The position numbers were made by a program, and so were the translations under genes. Positions 10,817 to 19,420 of a DNA stretch of 64,000 bases are shown one piece after another (position 1 is the first letter of the stretch; every line of letters starts with the position of its first letter). The notes beneath the pieces were generated by a model. It was not told the origin of the DNA, made no database searches, and was given only the letters and a program-made list of their open reading frames with translations. The stretch covers positions 1,600,001 through 1,664,000 of the forward strand of contig CBDCOX010000002.1 of assembly GCA_965219995.1 (NCBI GenBank). The letters are read 5' to 3'. Source of the stretch: Candidatus Latescibacterota bacterium (GTDB lineage: Bacteria > Latescibacterota > UBA2968 > GCA-2709665).

Positions 10817-12157
10817 TCAGCCTGCTTCGCGACGTTGACCCAGACGTAGAGCCCAGGGATCACCCAGTCGGTCAATAACCGCTTTTTCGCTCAATCCTGA
10901 ATGCTTCACCACCCAATTCAATTCCTCCTCGAGTGTGATCTCGAATCCGCCAGGATCGTCCGTGCAGATTGCAAGATCCACCTCTGATTCAAGGAATCTG
11001 TGAATCGGGTGGGCGCCGGGGTGCGGGATGCCGCCGATACGAAGATTTGAGGTCGGGCAACACTCGATCGCTGTTCCCAACCGTGCCAATTCGTCAAGCA
11101 CGTACTCCTGGCGTGGGTGAATATTGGAGATTCTCGTGCTGTCATAGTGTGAGCGTACGACATCACCGGGATCCATCGTTTCCAGACGGCGGCTCTCGGA
11201 TTTCAGTTCGTTTTCTTTCACGACCACACCGTACTCGGACAGTTCCTCGGCTCGATCCAGGTCATAGGCAATCTGATCGAGACGTTCCTCTACCGATTCC
11301 CGTTCATGCGCTCCGGCGCGCCTTGCAAGTGCTGTACGAGCGTCCAGGCCCAACGCGATCGCGTGACCCAATCTTCTGACGCCCAATTCGGCGACTTCGT
11401 GACACCACCGGATTGCGCTTTCAAGCGACTTGTCAAAGTATTGTTCGCCAACGTGATATACGACATCAAGAGCCTGATCCGGTCGGGCTTCATTGTCAGT
11501 CTCCAACTGAGTCAACAATGGGGCCACATGCTTTGGTGGATTCCCTTCCTCAACGCTCGCGAAATCAACACCCACGAGTGTTTCCACCAGCTCCGGATGT
11601 TTCTGGAGTAAATCACGGGTGAGTTTATAAGCATCCTCAGCAGCATGACGCGGTATACTCACAATGTACCTGGCCGTAAACGTTGCGTCGCTGGCCCATT
11701 GAAGAGCCCTGGCACAGAAGGAATGCCAGAACATAAACCCATCCATTCCGCTGCCGCAGCGATATTCGACGTAGCGACAGCCCTCCGCCTTGTGGCGAGC
11801 GAGCATGTGCCGAAGGAGGTCACCCTCACGATCGTTTTCACGGAGATGACTCCACACTCGCAAAAAGAACCCGTTCTTCGCCTCCCACTTCCCAAAATCC
11901 CCTCCGTCCTCGACGGTGTACACGTAGGCTCGCCGGAGTTCTTCAAGTCCTGCAGCATCCCTTACCGCTCGATCGAATATTCCAATCGGATCCAATGAGG
12001 TCTCGTACAGCTCATTATAGCGGTCGACAAAGCCTTCCTCGTTCCAATTAACATCGGTGTAAACGTCCTTCCCGAGATCAAAGAAGTCCTGCGTCGTATA
12101 CGCACCCAGTATGTGAAGATGTAGATCTGTTGTGCTCAGATCCTTCAACGAAGGCAT
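10817..12157 (-). CDS. Adenosine-deaminase-like amidohydrolase
   Basis: DLHLH, YHVGE, RLGHA, ECCPTSN, CTDDPG motifs. Confidence 0.85.
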   Translation of the reverse strand: MPSLKDLSTTDLHLHILGAYTTQDFFDLGKDVYTDVNWNEEGFVDRYNELYETSLDPIGIFDRAVRDAAGLEELRRAYVYTVEDGGDFGKWEAKNGFFLRVWSHLRENDREGDLLRHMLARHKAEGCRYVEYRCGSGMDGFMFWHSFCARALQWASDATFTARYIVSIPRHAAEDAYKLTRDLLQKHPELVETLVGVDFASVEEGNPPKHVAPLLTQLETDNEARPDQALDVVYHVGEQYFDKSLESAIRWCHEVAELGVRRLGHAIALGLDARTALARRAGAHERESVEERLDQIAYDLDRAEELSEYGVVVKENELKSESRRLETMDPGDVVRSHYDSTRISNIHPRQEYVLDELARLGTAIECCPTSNLRIGGIPHPGAHPIHRFLESEVDLAICTDDPGGFEITLEEELNWVVKHSGLSEKAVIDRLGDPWALRLGQRREAG

Positions 12158-12274
12158 CAGGTGCCTTTCCGAAAGCCAAAGGAATCGCGTGGGTCGTCGC
12201 GAATCGTGATTCCCTCCCAAGCTTTTCGTCCGCAACGGGAGGAATCGCGCGACAGAAACTCAATTGAAACAGCA

Positions 12275-12925
12275 CTAAGTCTGCATCAGCTCATGGATCA
12301 GCGGAGGGACCTGGCGGATATCGGTCAGTTGCCGGAATGCGCCGGTGAAGTCCAGGCCGTGCGTGAGGCCCTGCGGTATGACGATGCAGCGCAGCCCGGC
12401 CGCCAGTGCGGCGCGCAGCCCGCGGTCCGAGTCTTCGATTACGACGCACTCTGCGGCGCGAAGGCCGTTCTTCCGCATGGCCGTGAGGTAGGGCTCGGGA
12501 TCGGGCTTGGAATTCCGGTATTCTTCGCGCAGGAGCGTGAAATCGATGCAGTCCAGCAGGCCGGTGCCGGCGTGGATGATCTCAAAGTGCTCCCGCCGCG
12601 AACTGGTGACGATGCCCATGCGCACCGTGCCGTGGAGTTCGCGCAGCACCTGGCGGGCGCCGTCGATGACGGGTACGCCGGCGCGCAAGAGTTCGGTGTA
12701 GCGGGCGTTTCGCCTGATGCGGGCAGGTTCCAGCGCCTGTTCGTCTATGCCGTGTTCGGCGCCGACCCTGTTAAAGCCGCCGCTGGCCTTGAGGAAGAAC
12801 TCGATGAAACGGGCTTCGCTCAGGTGCACGCCGAGGGGTTCCAGGGTTTCGCGGCAGGCCTGGTAGTACAGGCCTTCGGTGTCGACCAGAACGCCGTCGT
12901 TGTCCCAGAGAATGGCTTTCAGCAT
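12275..12925 (-). CDS. HAD-family phosphatase
   Basis: WDNDGVLVDTE, KPDPEPY, IEDS motifs. Confidence 0.9.
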   Translation of the reverse strand: MLKAILWDNDGVLVDTEGLYYQACRETLEPLGVHLSEARFIEFFLKASGGFNRVGAEHGIDEQALEPARIRRNARYTELLRAGVPVIDGARQVLRELHGTVRMGIVTSSRREHFEIIHAGTGLLDCIDFTLLREEYRNSKPDPEPYLTAMRKNGLRAAECVVIEDSDRGLRAALAAGLRCIVIPQGLTHGLDFTGAFRQLTDIRQVPPLIHELMQT

Positions 12926-13017
12926 AGCGCCTTATATCCTTTCCACTGCGCGGAAGTCGAAGCAGGCCTTCGTTCGCGCCCGCGGCAAACCCTCCCGCAA
13001 CGAGTCGAAGATCCTGC

Positions 13018-14331
13018 TCATATCCGGCCCTCTTCGGGTACCTCGCGCCCGCCGTCCCAGAAGCCTGGCTTGTCGGTCGCCGACGGCCAGTACCCGTCGG
13101 CGTCTTCATCCCATTGGTTTCCGCACATCGACGAGATGATGGTCCATTCCGCGGCCCCGAAATCCGGCTCGGGATGGTACAGGAAGCGCTTCAACCCCGC
13201 CTCGCGAGAAGCATTCAGGATGCCGTAGAGGTCGCGCGCCTGCATCGGGTCGCCCCCGTGGGGGCGGCGCCCGGTGGACACCCAGGCGATCACCTTGTCG
13301 GGATCACCTACGGCCGCCAGGGCCCGCCGGGTCTCGTTGTAGACCACCCTGGAGAAGAATTCGTCGGGGAAACCCATCTCCATGTCCATCAGCGAGTTGA
13401 CGCCGGGCAGTTCGATGCCCAACAGCGCCTTCACGACGGCGAAACACTCCGCCTCGCTCAGGGACGGATTCCACTTTCGCAACCGTCGTACCCAGCGGGA
13501 CATGGTTCCGTACATGCCGTCCATGCCGCGGTGCCAATAATAGTGCTTCGGAAAGATATAGTCGAAATACTCCGCCATCTGACTGTAATTCTGTCCGGTG
13601 AGCGATGACCATGCCGGGGCCCGCGGGATGCCGCCCAGCTCCACCTTGCGATCGACGGCGTCGACCTGTTGCCGCATGTACTGCCAGTCGAAGCGCGAGC
13701 GCTCCTGCCGCTTGCGCAGCCAGTAGAGCACGTCCTCGTTGACGTCGAACAGGAGCATTGCCCCCAGCATCCCCCCGTCGGCGTGGTACCGAACCATTTC
13801 CGGCGTCAGATTGTGCAGACGCTCCCGAAAGTGGGTGATGCCGCGCTGGATTCGATCCATCTCGGCGCCGACCTGGGCGAAGCGGGCCTCCTCGCCCGGA
13901 CGGATCTCCAGGAGCTCGCCCCCATGGTGGAACGCCAACTCGTAGTGATTTTCGCCCGGACCGTCGACAATGACGCCGTGCACCTGCGGAAAGGCGTTCA
14001 TCTGGTCCTGCACGTGTGCGGTCGGGCCGCCTCCGGCGAAGATCAGGATTCGCCAGCCCCGTTCCGCGGCGTTGTCCAGCATTGCGCGCAGCTTTTTCTC
14101 TTTTGAGACGTCGCGCGGACGCTGCTCCGGGACTTCCGCCCCCAGGGCCTCGTACACCTTCGGGTCGGGCGCCCAAGCGGGAATGGTCGTGCCATCCTCC
14201 TGGAGGAACGTCATGCGGCCGACGGCCAGACCGCGCACGCCGCCATCCTCCCAGGCGTCGAACCGCTCCTCGAACCCGTCGAGCCAGTGTTCGAACGGGC
14301 TGTCACTGCAGGTGAATACCCAGAGTTTCAT
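13018..14331 (-). CDS. Uncharacterised 437-aa enzyme-like protein; paralog of 6356..7732
   Basis: Shared long motifs with the 458-aa ORF; ggagg RBS. Confidence 0.8.
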   Translation of the reverse strand: MKLWVFTCSDSPFEHWLDGFEERFDAWEDGGVRGLAVGRMTFLQEDGTTIPAWAPDPKVYEALGAEVPEQRPRDVSKEKKLRAMLDNAAERGWRILIFAGGGPTAHVQDQMNAFPQVHGVIVDGPGENHYELAFHHGGELLEIRPGEEARFAQVGAEMDRIQRGITHFRERLHNLTPEMVRYHADGGMLGAMLLFDVNEDVLYWLRKRQERSRFDWQYMRQQVDAVDRKVELGGIPRAPAWSSLTGQNYSQMAEYFDYIFPKHYYWHRGMDGMYGTMSRWVRRLRKWNPSLSEAECFAVVKALLGIELPGVNSLMDMEMGFPDEFFSRVVYNETRRALAAVGDPDKVIAWVSTGRRPHGGDPMQARDLYGILNASREAGLKRFLYHPEPDFGAAEWTIISSMCGNQWDEDADGYWPSATDKPGFWDGGREVPEEGRI

Positions 14332-14379
14332 TATTCCCTCCTTTGGGGTGGCAGGGACGATTCACGTTCACGTTCCCGC

Positions 14380-14432
14380 CGTGCGCAAAGAGAACAGTTC
14401 GTGTGGGAGGGCTTTCCATCTGAATCTCTGTC
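14380..14432 (-). pseudogene. 5' stub of a duplicate sulfotransferase cassette
   Basis: cgtgcgcaaagagaacagttcgtgtgggagg..ttccatc matches 19364-19413. Confidence 0.8.
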
Positions 14433-14485
14433 CACGATGGGAATCAATAGACCAATCACACTCCAAATACTCAGGCTGCGATTTC

Positions 14486-14579
14486 ATACGACGTTTCGCC
14501 GGTTTGCGAACACCAGACGAGGGATGCCCGAAGGGTCAAGGCGCGAACAGCTCCGCAGCGCAACACCGCACCGTTACAA
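14486..14579 (-). repeat. attC site (core mutated)
   Basis: atacgac gtttcgccggtttgcgaac...gcagcgcaa...gttacaa; resembles the 38824 and 21918 sites. Confidence 0.72.
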
Positions 14580-14599
14580 GATGACGAGAGAATTCCACC

Positions 14600-14628
14600 T
14601 TGACAAGCGTCACGTTACACCTTACACT
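14600..14628 (+). promoter_or_regulatory. sigma70 promoter of higBA (probably leaderless transcript)
   Basis: TTGACA-17 bp-TACACT, 6 nt before the GTG at 14635. Confidence 0.75.
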
Positions 14629-14634
14629 TTGTCG

Positions 14635-15079
14635 GTGATAAAAACATTCGCAGACAAGGAAACCCAACGCATTTACCGTACCGGCGAATCCAGGAGGTTG
14701 CCCGTTGACCTGGTGCGAAGAGCAATCCGCCGCCTAGATTACATCGACCTCGCCAACACGTTGAATGATCTGAGAGTTCCATCTGGTGTCCTGTCCCAAA
14801 AATACCTCACCATTCTTCCTCAGATTCATCCCGTCTCGCAGCGTTGCCATCGCTCGCCGACCGTGCCAGGTCGCCTGCGCTCCGGCGCCTTGCGAGCCGG
14901 GCGACTCTGCGGCCGAATTTTGGCAACTTATTTCCGGGACAGAACACTGCAACCGCCTGCACCAGTTGAAGAAGGACCGTAAGGGACAACACGCCATCGC
15001 CATCAACGAACAATGGCGCATCTGTTTTCGGTTTGTCGACGGGGACGCTTACGACGTAGAAATCACGGACTATCAATGA
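14635..15079 (+). pseudogene. higB: HigB toxin disrupted by a MITE
   Basis: VIKTFADKET...DLRVPSG | NRLHQLKKDRKGQHAIAINEQWRICFRF split between two frames by an insertion. Confidence 0.88.
14786..14947. mobile_element. Non-autonomous MITE (~162 bp)
   Basis: TIRs gtgtcctgtcccaaaaata / tatttccgggacagaacac; ctg at both junctions; no coding capacity. Confidence 0.8.
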
Positions 15080-15091
15080 AAGGAACATCCC

Positions 15092-15406
15092 ATGGCCATC
15101 ACAAATACACAGAAACGCGCCATCCCGCCAACTCATCCTGGTGAGATGCTGCGTGAGGATTTCTTGCCGGACTACGCGCAAACAGTGACTTCCCTGGCGG
15201 AGGCATTGGGTGTATCCCGTCAAACGATAAATGAGCTTCTGCGGGAGCGGCGCGCCATCTCGCCCCTCATGGCATTGAGACTTGCCCGCTTGTTTGGAAA
15301 CGCTCCAGAATTTTGGATGAAGGCCCAACACAAACGAGATCTTTGGGAATCAGAACAGCGACATCAAGGCGAGCTGGCTGACATCGAACCGCTCGCTGTT
15401 CCGTAG
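15092..15406 (+). CDS. higA: HigA antitoxin (HTH-XRE)
   Basis: PTHPGEMLREDFL, LGVSRQTINEL, MALRLARLFG, FWM motifs. Confidence 0.92.
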   Translation: MAITNTQKRAIPPTHPGEMLREDFLPDYAQTVTSLAEALGVSRQTINELLRERRAISPLMALRLARLFGNAPEFWMKAQHKRDLWESEQRHQGELADIEPLAVP

Positions 15407-15433
15407 ACGACGATCCCCTGCCCAAACCCTTCC

Positions 15434-15503
15434 CTGCCCCCGAACCGCGTCGCGGTTGCGCGAAGGGGTTTCTTGCCCCGAAGCCGGGGGCACGGTGTTA
15501 GAG
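15434..15503 (-). repeat. attC site with core end deleted
   Basis: Matches 49952 site (cccccgaaccgcg...gaagccgggggcacggtgtta); comparison with 21900-21924 shows the ...ttgtaac core is missing. Confidence 0.78.
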
Positions 15504-15536
15504 GCTGTGTGGCCAGGTGTGAAGTTGGGTGGTTGC

Positions 15537-15827
15537 TCAAGCGCTCAACGACCGCGCCACGGTTTCGGGATTTTCCGAAGCAATCTTCAGGAGAGCCCGA
15601 GCGGGACCCTCCGGACGGCGGCGTCCCTGCTCCCAATTCTGCAACGTAGAGACGCTGACGCCAATCATCAGGGCAAATTCAGATTGCGATTTATCCAGTT
15701 TTTCCCGGATCATTCGAATATCGGCGGGATCCATTTGGATCGTGCGTCCTGGTTTCAGCTTGCCGCGCTTGATCGCTCCGGCCTGCTTGACGCTGGTTAC
15801 AAGTTGGTCAAGGTCGCGCTCATTCAT
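15537..15827 (-). CDS. HTH-XRE antitoxin (HigA2/NadS-like)
   Basis: SQSEFALMIGVSVSTLQNWEQGRRRPEGPARALL; ATGA overlap with toxin. Confidence 0.9.
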   Translation of the reverse strand: MNERDLDQLVTSVKQAGAIKRGKLKPGRTIQMDPADIRMIREKLDKSQSEFALMIGVSVSTLQNWEQGRRRPEGPARALLKIASENPETVARSLSA

Positions 15828-16141
15828 GCCAGATGCTCCTTTACGAGTTCACTAAGCAACTTACACTGTCGAGGGGTGAGATCGTCCTGGCGGCCCTTGC
15901 GATACACCCACAGCATGTAAAGGACCTCGGCCGGCTTGTCCCAATAGTAGATCACACGAAGACCGCCCCGTTTGCCAGCGTGCGCCAATTTCCATCTCAG
16001 TTTTCGCAACCCACCCGTACGCCGAATTATCTCTCCTGATTCTGGCCGGAATAGGAGCGCCAGCTGCATTGCCCGGTAGTCCTCATCCGATAGTAGGGTC
16101 GAGATCTCTCTTGTGAAGATGGGTGTTTCGGCGAAGGTCAT
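15824..16141 (-). CDS. RelE/HigB2-family toxin
   Basis: FAETPIF, GGLRKLRW, GKRGGLRVIYY motifs. Confidence 0.9.
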   Translation of the reverse strand: MTFAETPIFTREISTLLSDEDYRAMQLALLFRPESGEIIRRTGGLRKLRWKLAHAGKRGGLRVIYYWDKPAEVLYMLWVYRKGRQDDLTPRQCKLLSELVKEHLA

Positions 16142-16147
16142 ATACCA

Positions 16148-16176
16148 ATTATACGCCAATGACGCATAGTGCGCAA
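16148..16176 (-). promoter_or_regulatory. sigma70 promoter with overlapping inverted-repeat operator (probably leaderless)
   Basis: Minus strand TTGCGC-17 bp-TATAAT, 6 nt before ATG; tatacg-N7-cgcata inverted repeat. Confidence 0.75.
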
Positions 16177-16199
16177 CCTCTTTACTTTGGCCACATGGC

Positions 16200-16266
16200 C
16201 TCTAACGTTCAGCCGGTTGCAGCGGAGACAACCTAAACGACCGGAGTCGCATCCCGCGTGTTAGCC
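16200..16266 (-). repeat. attC site (short, 67 bp)
   Basis: ctctaac gttcagccggttgc...gtcgcatcccgcgt gttagcc. Confidence 0.7.
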
Positions 16267-16318
16267 GTTGGCGACGTGCTGCTTTTCCGAAGTTCTGAGC
16301 TCTTCAGAAATACGTCGT

Positions 16319-17044
16319 TCAACTTAGTAGCGTGAATATTTCATTGAGGTTCCGGAAAGTCGGAGTGTAGCTGTAAGGAGATGCATCAGCGGACCGTAGC
16401 AGCAACGCTGCGTCGAGTCCCGCCGCCCGCGCACCCAGGATATCCGATTCGTAATTGTCACCGATGTGCAGCACCCGATCTCGACTGACGGCGACCCCCT
16501 CAACCGCATCGTCGAAGATCGCAGCCGCAGGCTTGGCGTACCCTCGCCGCAGGGAGTACACGAGAGCATTGAAGTACTGACTGAGGTTCAGATGGTCGAG
16601 TGTTAGCTCGAGTGTTGGCGGCCAGTTTGATACTACGGCGAGCTTGATTCCGTTCGCCCGGAGCGTGGTCAGTACGGACGTGAACTCTGGATATGGCGCC
16701 CAGGTGCGGTAGAGCCATACGTCCCACATGATCTGGACCGCGGCTCCGGTGTCACCCCTAAAGCCAGCGGCCGTGAGCGTCTGTCGATATATCCCCGACC
16801 ACTTCGCTTGATGGGCCACTAGCGACTCCGCTTCAGCCGGACGCGCTTGCCTTTCTCCAAGTACGTCCTCGAACGCTGCCGACAGTGCATCCGCGGATGG
16901 TCCGCCAAGACCCGATAGAGCATTGGCCCAAACAACCTCGCTCGGCTCTACGTACTCCAGCAGAGTGTGTCCTGCATCGAAGAATAGGGCGTCGTATCGC
17001 GCGTTCACTGTCTCTTGGCAGCTGGGCTTCAGGGCGTGTGCCAT
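16319..17044 (-). CDS. HAD-family hydrolase
   Basis: FFDAGHTL, VVSNW, AKP, HIGDNYESDILGA motifs. Confidence 0.88.
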   Translation of the reverse strand: MAHALKPSCQETVNARYDALFFDAGHTLLEYVEPSEVVWANALSGLGGPSADALSAAFEDVLGERQARPAEAESLVAHQAKWSGIYRQTLTAAGFRGDTGAAVQIMWDVWLYRTWAPYPEFTSVLTTLRANGIKLAVVSNWPPTLELTLDHLNLSQYFNALVYSLRRGYAKPAAAIFDDAVEGVAVSRDRVLHIGDNYESDILGARAAGLDAALLLRSADASPYSYTPTFRNLNEIFTLLS

Positions 17045-17066
17045 AGGGTCTCTGCGCGTCGCTTAC

Positions 17067-17148
17067 GGCTGACGTCGCGCCCCCGAACCCCGGAGCGGTT
17101 GGGCGAAGGGGCTCTTGCCCGGATGCCGGGGGCAGGGGCGTGGTATGT
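17067..17148 (-). repeat. Degenerate attC site (both ends mutated)
   Basis: Body matches 15434/49952 family; ends ggctgac and ggtatgt. Confidence 0.7.
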
Positions 17149-17171
17149 GTAGTGCAAGCCTTGGGTCTTGT

Positions 17172-17906
17172 TCAGGACTGTATCTGATGGAAGTACCAGA
17201 CATTTGGCTCGAAGTAGGTTCCTTGACCTTTCTCGCAGTCTATTGTGATCGGAACCAACCCCTCCGGAATGCTGTATGATCCCGCCACCGGGAATCGCAT
17301 TTCAGTCCAGCTTTCCCATTCCTCGATTGATCCGATGACAGAAACTGCTTCCAGTGCGACACCAAGCCTCTCGCCGCCCAGCTTTTCATGGACTCGAAGC
17401 CACGGATCCGCCAGGCGCCCCTTCTCATCCCGTCGATCAGCATAGGATTCGATTGACTCTTCCGGGTGCTCGTGTTTTCGATTCGGTCTCACCGGTGCGA
17501 GGACACCCTGCAATCCGTTTATCTCTGACAGGTTACGCATTTCGAGCAGAATCGTTCGGCTCAGTCCTTGGCGTCGATACTCTGGCCTTACGAGAATGCC
17601 GAGTGCGCAGAGTACTCCAGTCGATTCAAGAGGCCAACGGGCTGAGTAGACCACCTCATCTATGGTTGATGGTGGCGGCAGACCTACATTCCACTCAAAC
17701 GGGACCGCCAGCCCTGCGGCCACCAGATTGTTCCCGTCGAGGGCAAGCACCTGAAAGCTCTGAAATTCGCTATAGATCGAGGACCAATTTCGCACATCGG
17801 CACTAAGCAGAAACCTCGGCCAGGTGGCGTCGTTCAACTCCTTCAATGCGGCCGACAGCTTGGGCGCTTTGTTCAGCGTAATAAACCTCATTTGGGTATG
17901 CCACAT
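17172..17906 (-). CDS. GNAT-fold acetyltransferase-like protein
   Basis: VRPEYRRQGLS acetyl-CoA motif; APVRP, DPWLRVH, YFEPNVW. Confidence 0.8.
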   Translation of the reverse strand: MWHTQMRFITLNKAPKLSAALKELNDATWPRFLLSADVRNWSSIYSEFQSFQVLALDGNNLVAAGLAVPFEWNVGLPPPSTIDEVVYSARWPLESTGVLCALGILVRPEYRRQGLSRTILLEMRNLSEINGLQGVLAPVRPNRKHEHPEESIESYADRRDEKGRLADPWLRVHEKLGGERLGVALEAVSVIGSIEEWESWTEMRFPVAGSYSIPEGLVPITIDCEKGQGTYFEPNVWYFHQIQS

Positions 17907-18039
17907 GGCCTCACGTCAAAGGTTCTCCGAAGGCTTGCAATTTCACATAACGTCCCTTTTGGTCTTGTTTCTCAGGTAATCTTGCCTCCCATCGATAGCA
18001 GTAAAAACACCTGGCTTTTCGAGTTTTCAACTTCGCCAA

Positions 18040-18534
18040 TTAGATGGGGTTAGCCTTGATGAGTTGGAAGAGGTCGCCTTTTCTGAGGCGTTCGGATGTC
18101 AATATCTCCATCAATTTATCCAGCAGGTCAGCCCGGTCGAAACGTTTGAATTCTGGATACAGCCCGATACGCCAATGGAGATAGCCTACAAGCTGTTTCA
18201 AATCTGGAAAAATCTGTTTGGCCGCGAGAAACTCTGTTTGCAAGGCACGACGATGTGCATAGGCATGTGAACGTGAGGCCAGCTTGTGCCGAATTTCCAC
18301 ATGCTCGTGTAGTGCAGACAAATGCGCGTACTGCTCGTTCAATTCGATCAGTTCTGCTGGAATGTAGATCGTGCCTGCTTCGTCGTAGAAAGCCAGATCG
18401 GGTGTATTGCCTCCATAGCGAAACACCGCACAGGAGAGGGGAATATCAGCCACGACTGCCTGCTCGGTGCGGATGACATTCTACTTAACGGCGTCGAGAA
18501 ACCTGATAGCTTCCGAGTGTGGCAATCGGAGCAT
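18040..18534 (-). pseudogene. Nonsense-mutated copy of the 55320..55814 cassette
   Basis: Colinear with 55320..55814; TAG at 18481-18483 replaces Q of AIKQNVIRT. Confidence 0.82.
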
Positions 18535-18614
18535 TCGTCTGCCTCGGGGGTTACGCTTCTTGTGCACAATCTGCCGGGATTGGGTGGTGTGTGCTCGTTC
18601 CCAGCACCCCTGTA

Positions 18615-19403
18615 TCAAACTCTGGTCTCCACGAGTGCTCCTACATCGTCGTCGCCGAACAGCCATCCAGTGTCACCGTTTCCAAAGCGCTCGTTGATCT
18701 CGTGCGCGTTGGGAAGCAATGCGTAGGTTTCCGGCGTATTTATCTTCGACCTGCGAGGGTCAAGGTGGAGGTCAAGCTTGTCAACATCAGGCGACTCAAG
18801 CCCCAGGAAGTTGAAGATACCATTGGCAACTACGCGACTCTTCTTGATGTCTTCAGTGTAAAGCTCCTCATAGAACACCTTCAAGGTACTTCCTCGCGGG
18901 CGCTGCTCTATCACGTTACTGTAATAGTCTCTGAGTTCCGTCGCGTATTCGAGACCGTCCGCAATCTTCTTCAAGGAGACTGGCTTCAGATTCCGGTAGA
19001 TTCGCCTGGTTTCCTCATTCAAGTCCGAGATCTGCCAGACTTTCGTTTGTTCGGCGATGCATCCGGAGACTTCGGCTCGCAGAAAATTAGCCCTTTGCAG
19101 GAAAATGACTGTGGCGTCAGCAGAAAGCAACAGATGGGTGTATAACTTTTTTGGAAGTTGGTAGCTGAGGATCTTTATCCCGTTGTACCTGGCGAAGAGA
19201 TCGTCAAGGGCTTTCTCAAGCGACGGAACGTCCTGGATGAAGTCCACGTAGTTCCTCTCGCCGGGATTTTCCCTCGCATATCCATGCCAAAATGGCTCGA
19301 GAGCGAAATTCAAGCGAGGATGTGTCTGGAGAACACGATACAGCGTCGTACTGCCGCTTCGGCCGTGCGCAAAGAGAACAGTTCGTGTGGGAGGACCTTC
19401 CAT
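18615..19403 (-). CDS. Sulfotransferase-family (Stf0-like) protein
   Basis: AHGRSGSTTL PAPS loop, EPF, IFLQRAN..AEVS, YEEL motifs. Confidence 0.8.
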   Translation of the reverse strand: MEGPPTRTVLFAHGRSGSTTLYRVLQTHPRLNFALEPFWHGYARENPGERNYVDFIQDVPSLEKALDDLFARYNGIKILSYQLPKKLYTHLLLSADATVIFLQRANFLRAEVSGCIAEQTKVWQISDLNEETRRIYRNLKPVSLKKIADGLEYATELRDYYSNVIEQRPRGSTLKVFYEELYTEDIKKSRVVANGIFNFLGLESPDVDKLDLHLDPRRSKINTPETYALLPNAHEINERFGNGDTGWLFGDDDVGALVETRV

Positions 19404-19420
19404 CAAAGTCTCTGCCTGGT

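Noticed and set aside
15421-15427. cccaaac as the core of the 15434 attC
   Set aside because: Alignment with 21895-21924 shows it is higA 3' flank; the true ttgtaac core was deleted
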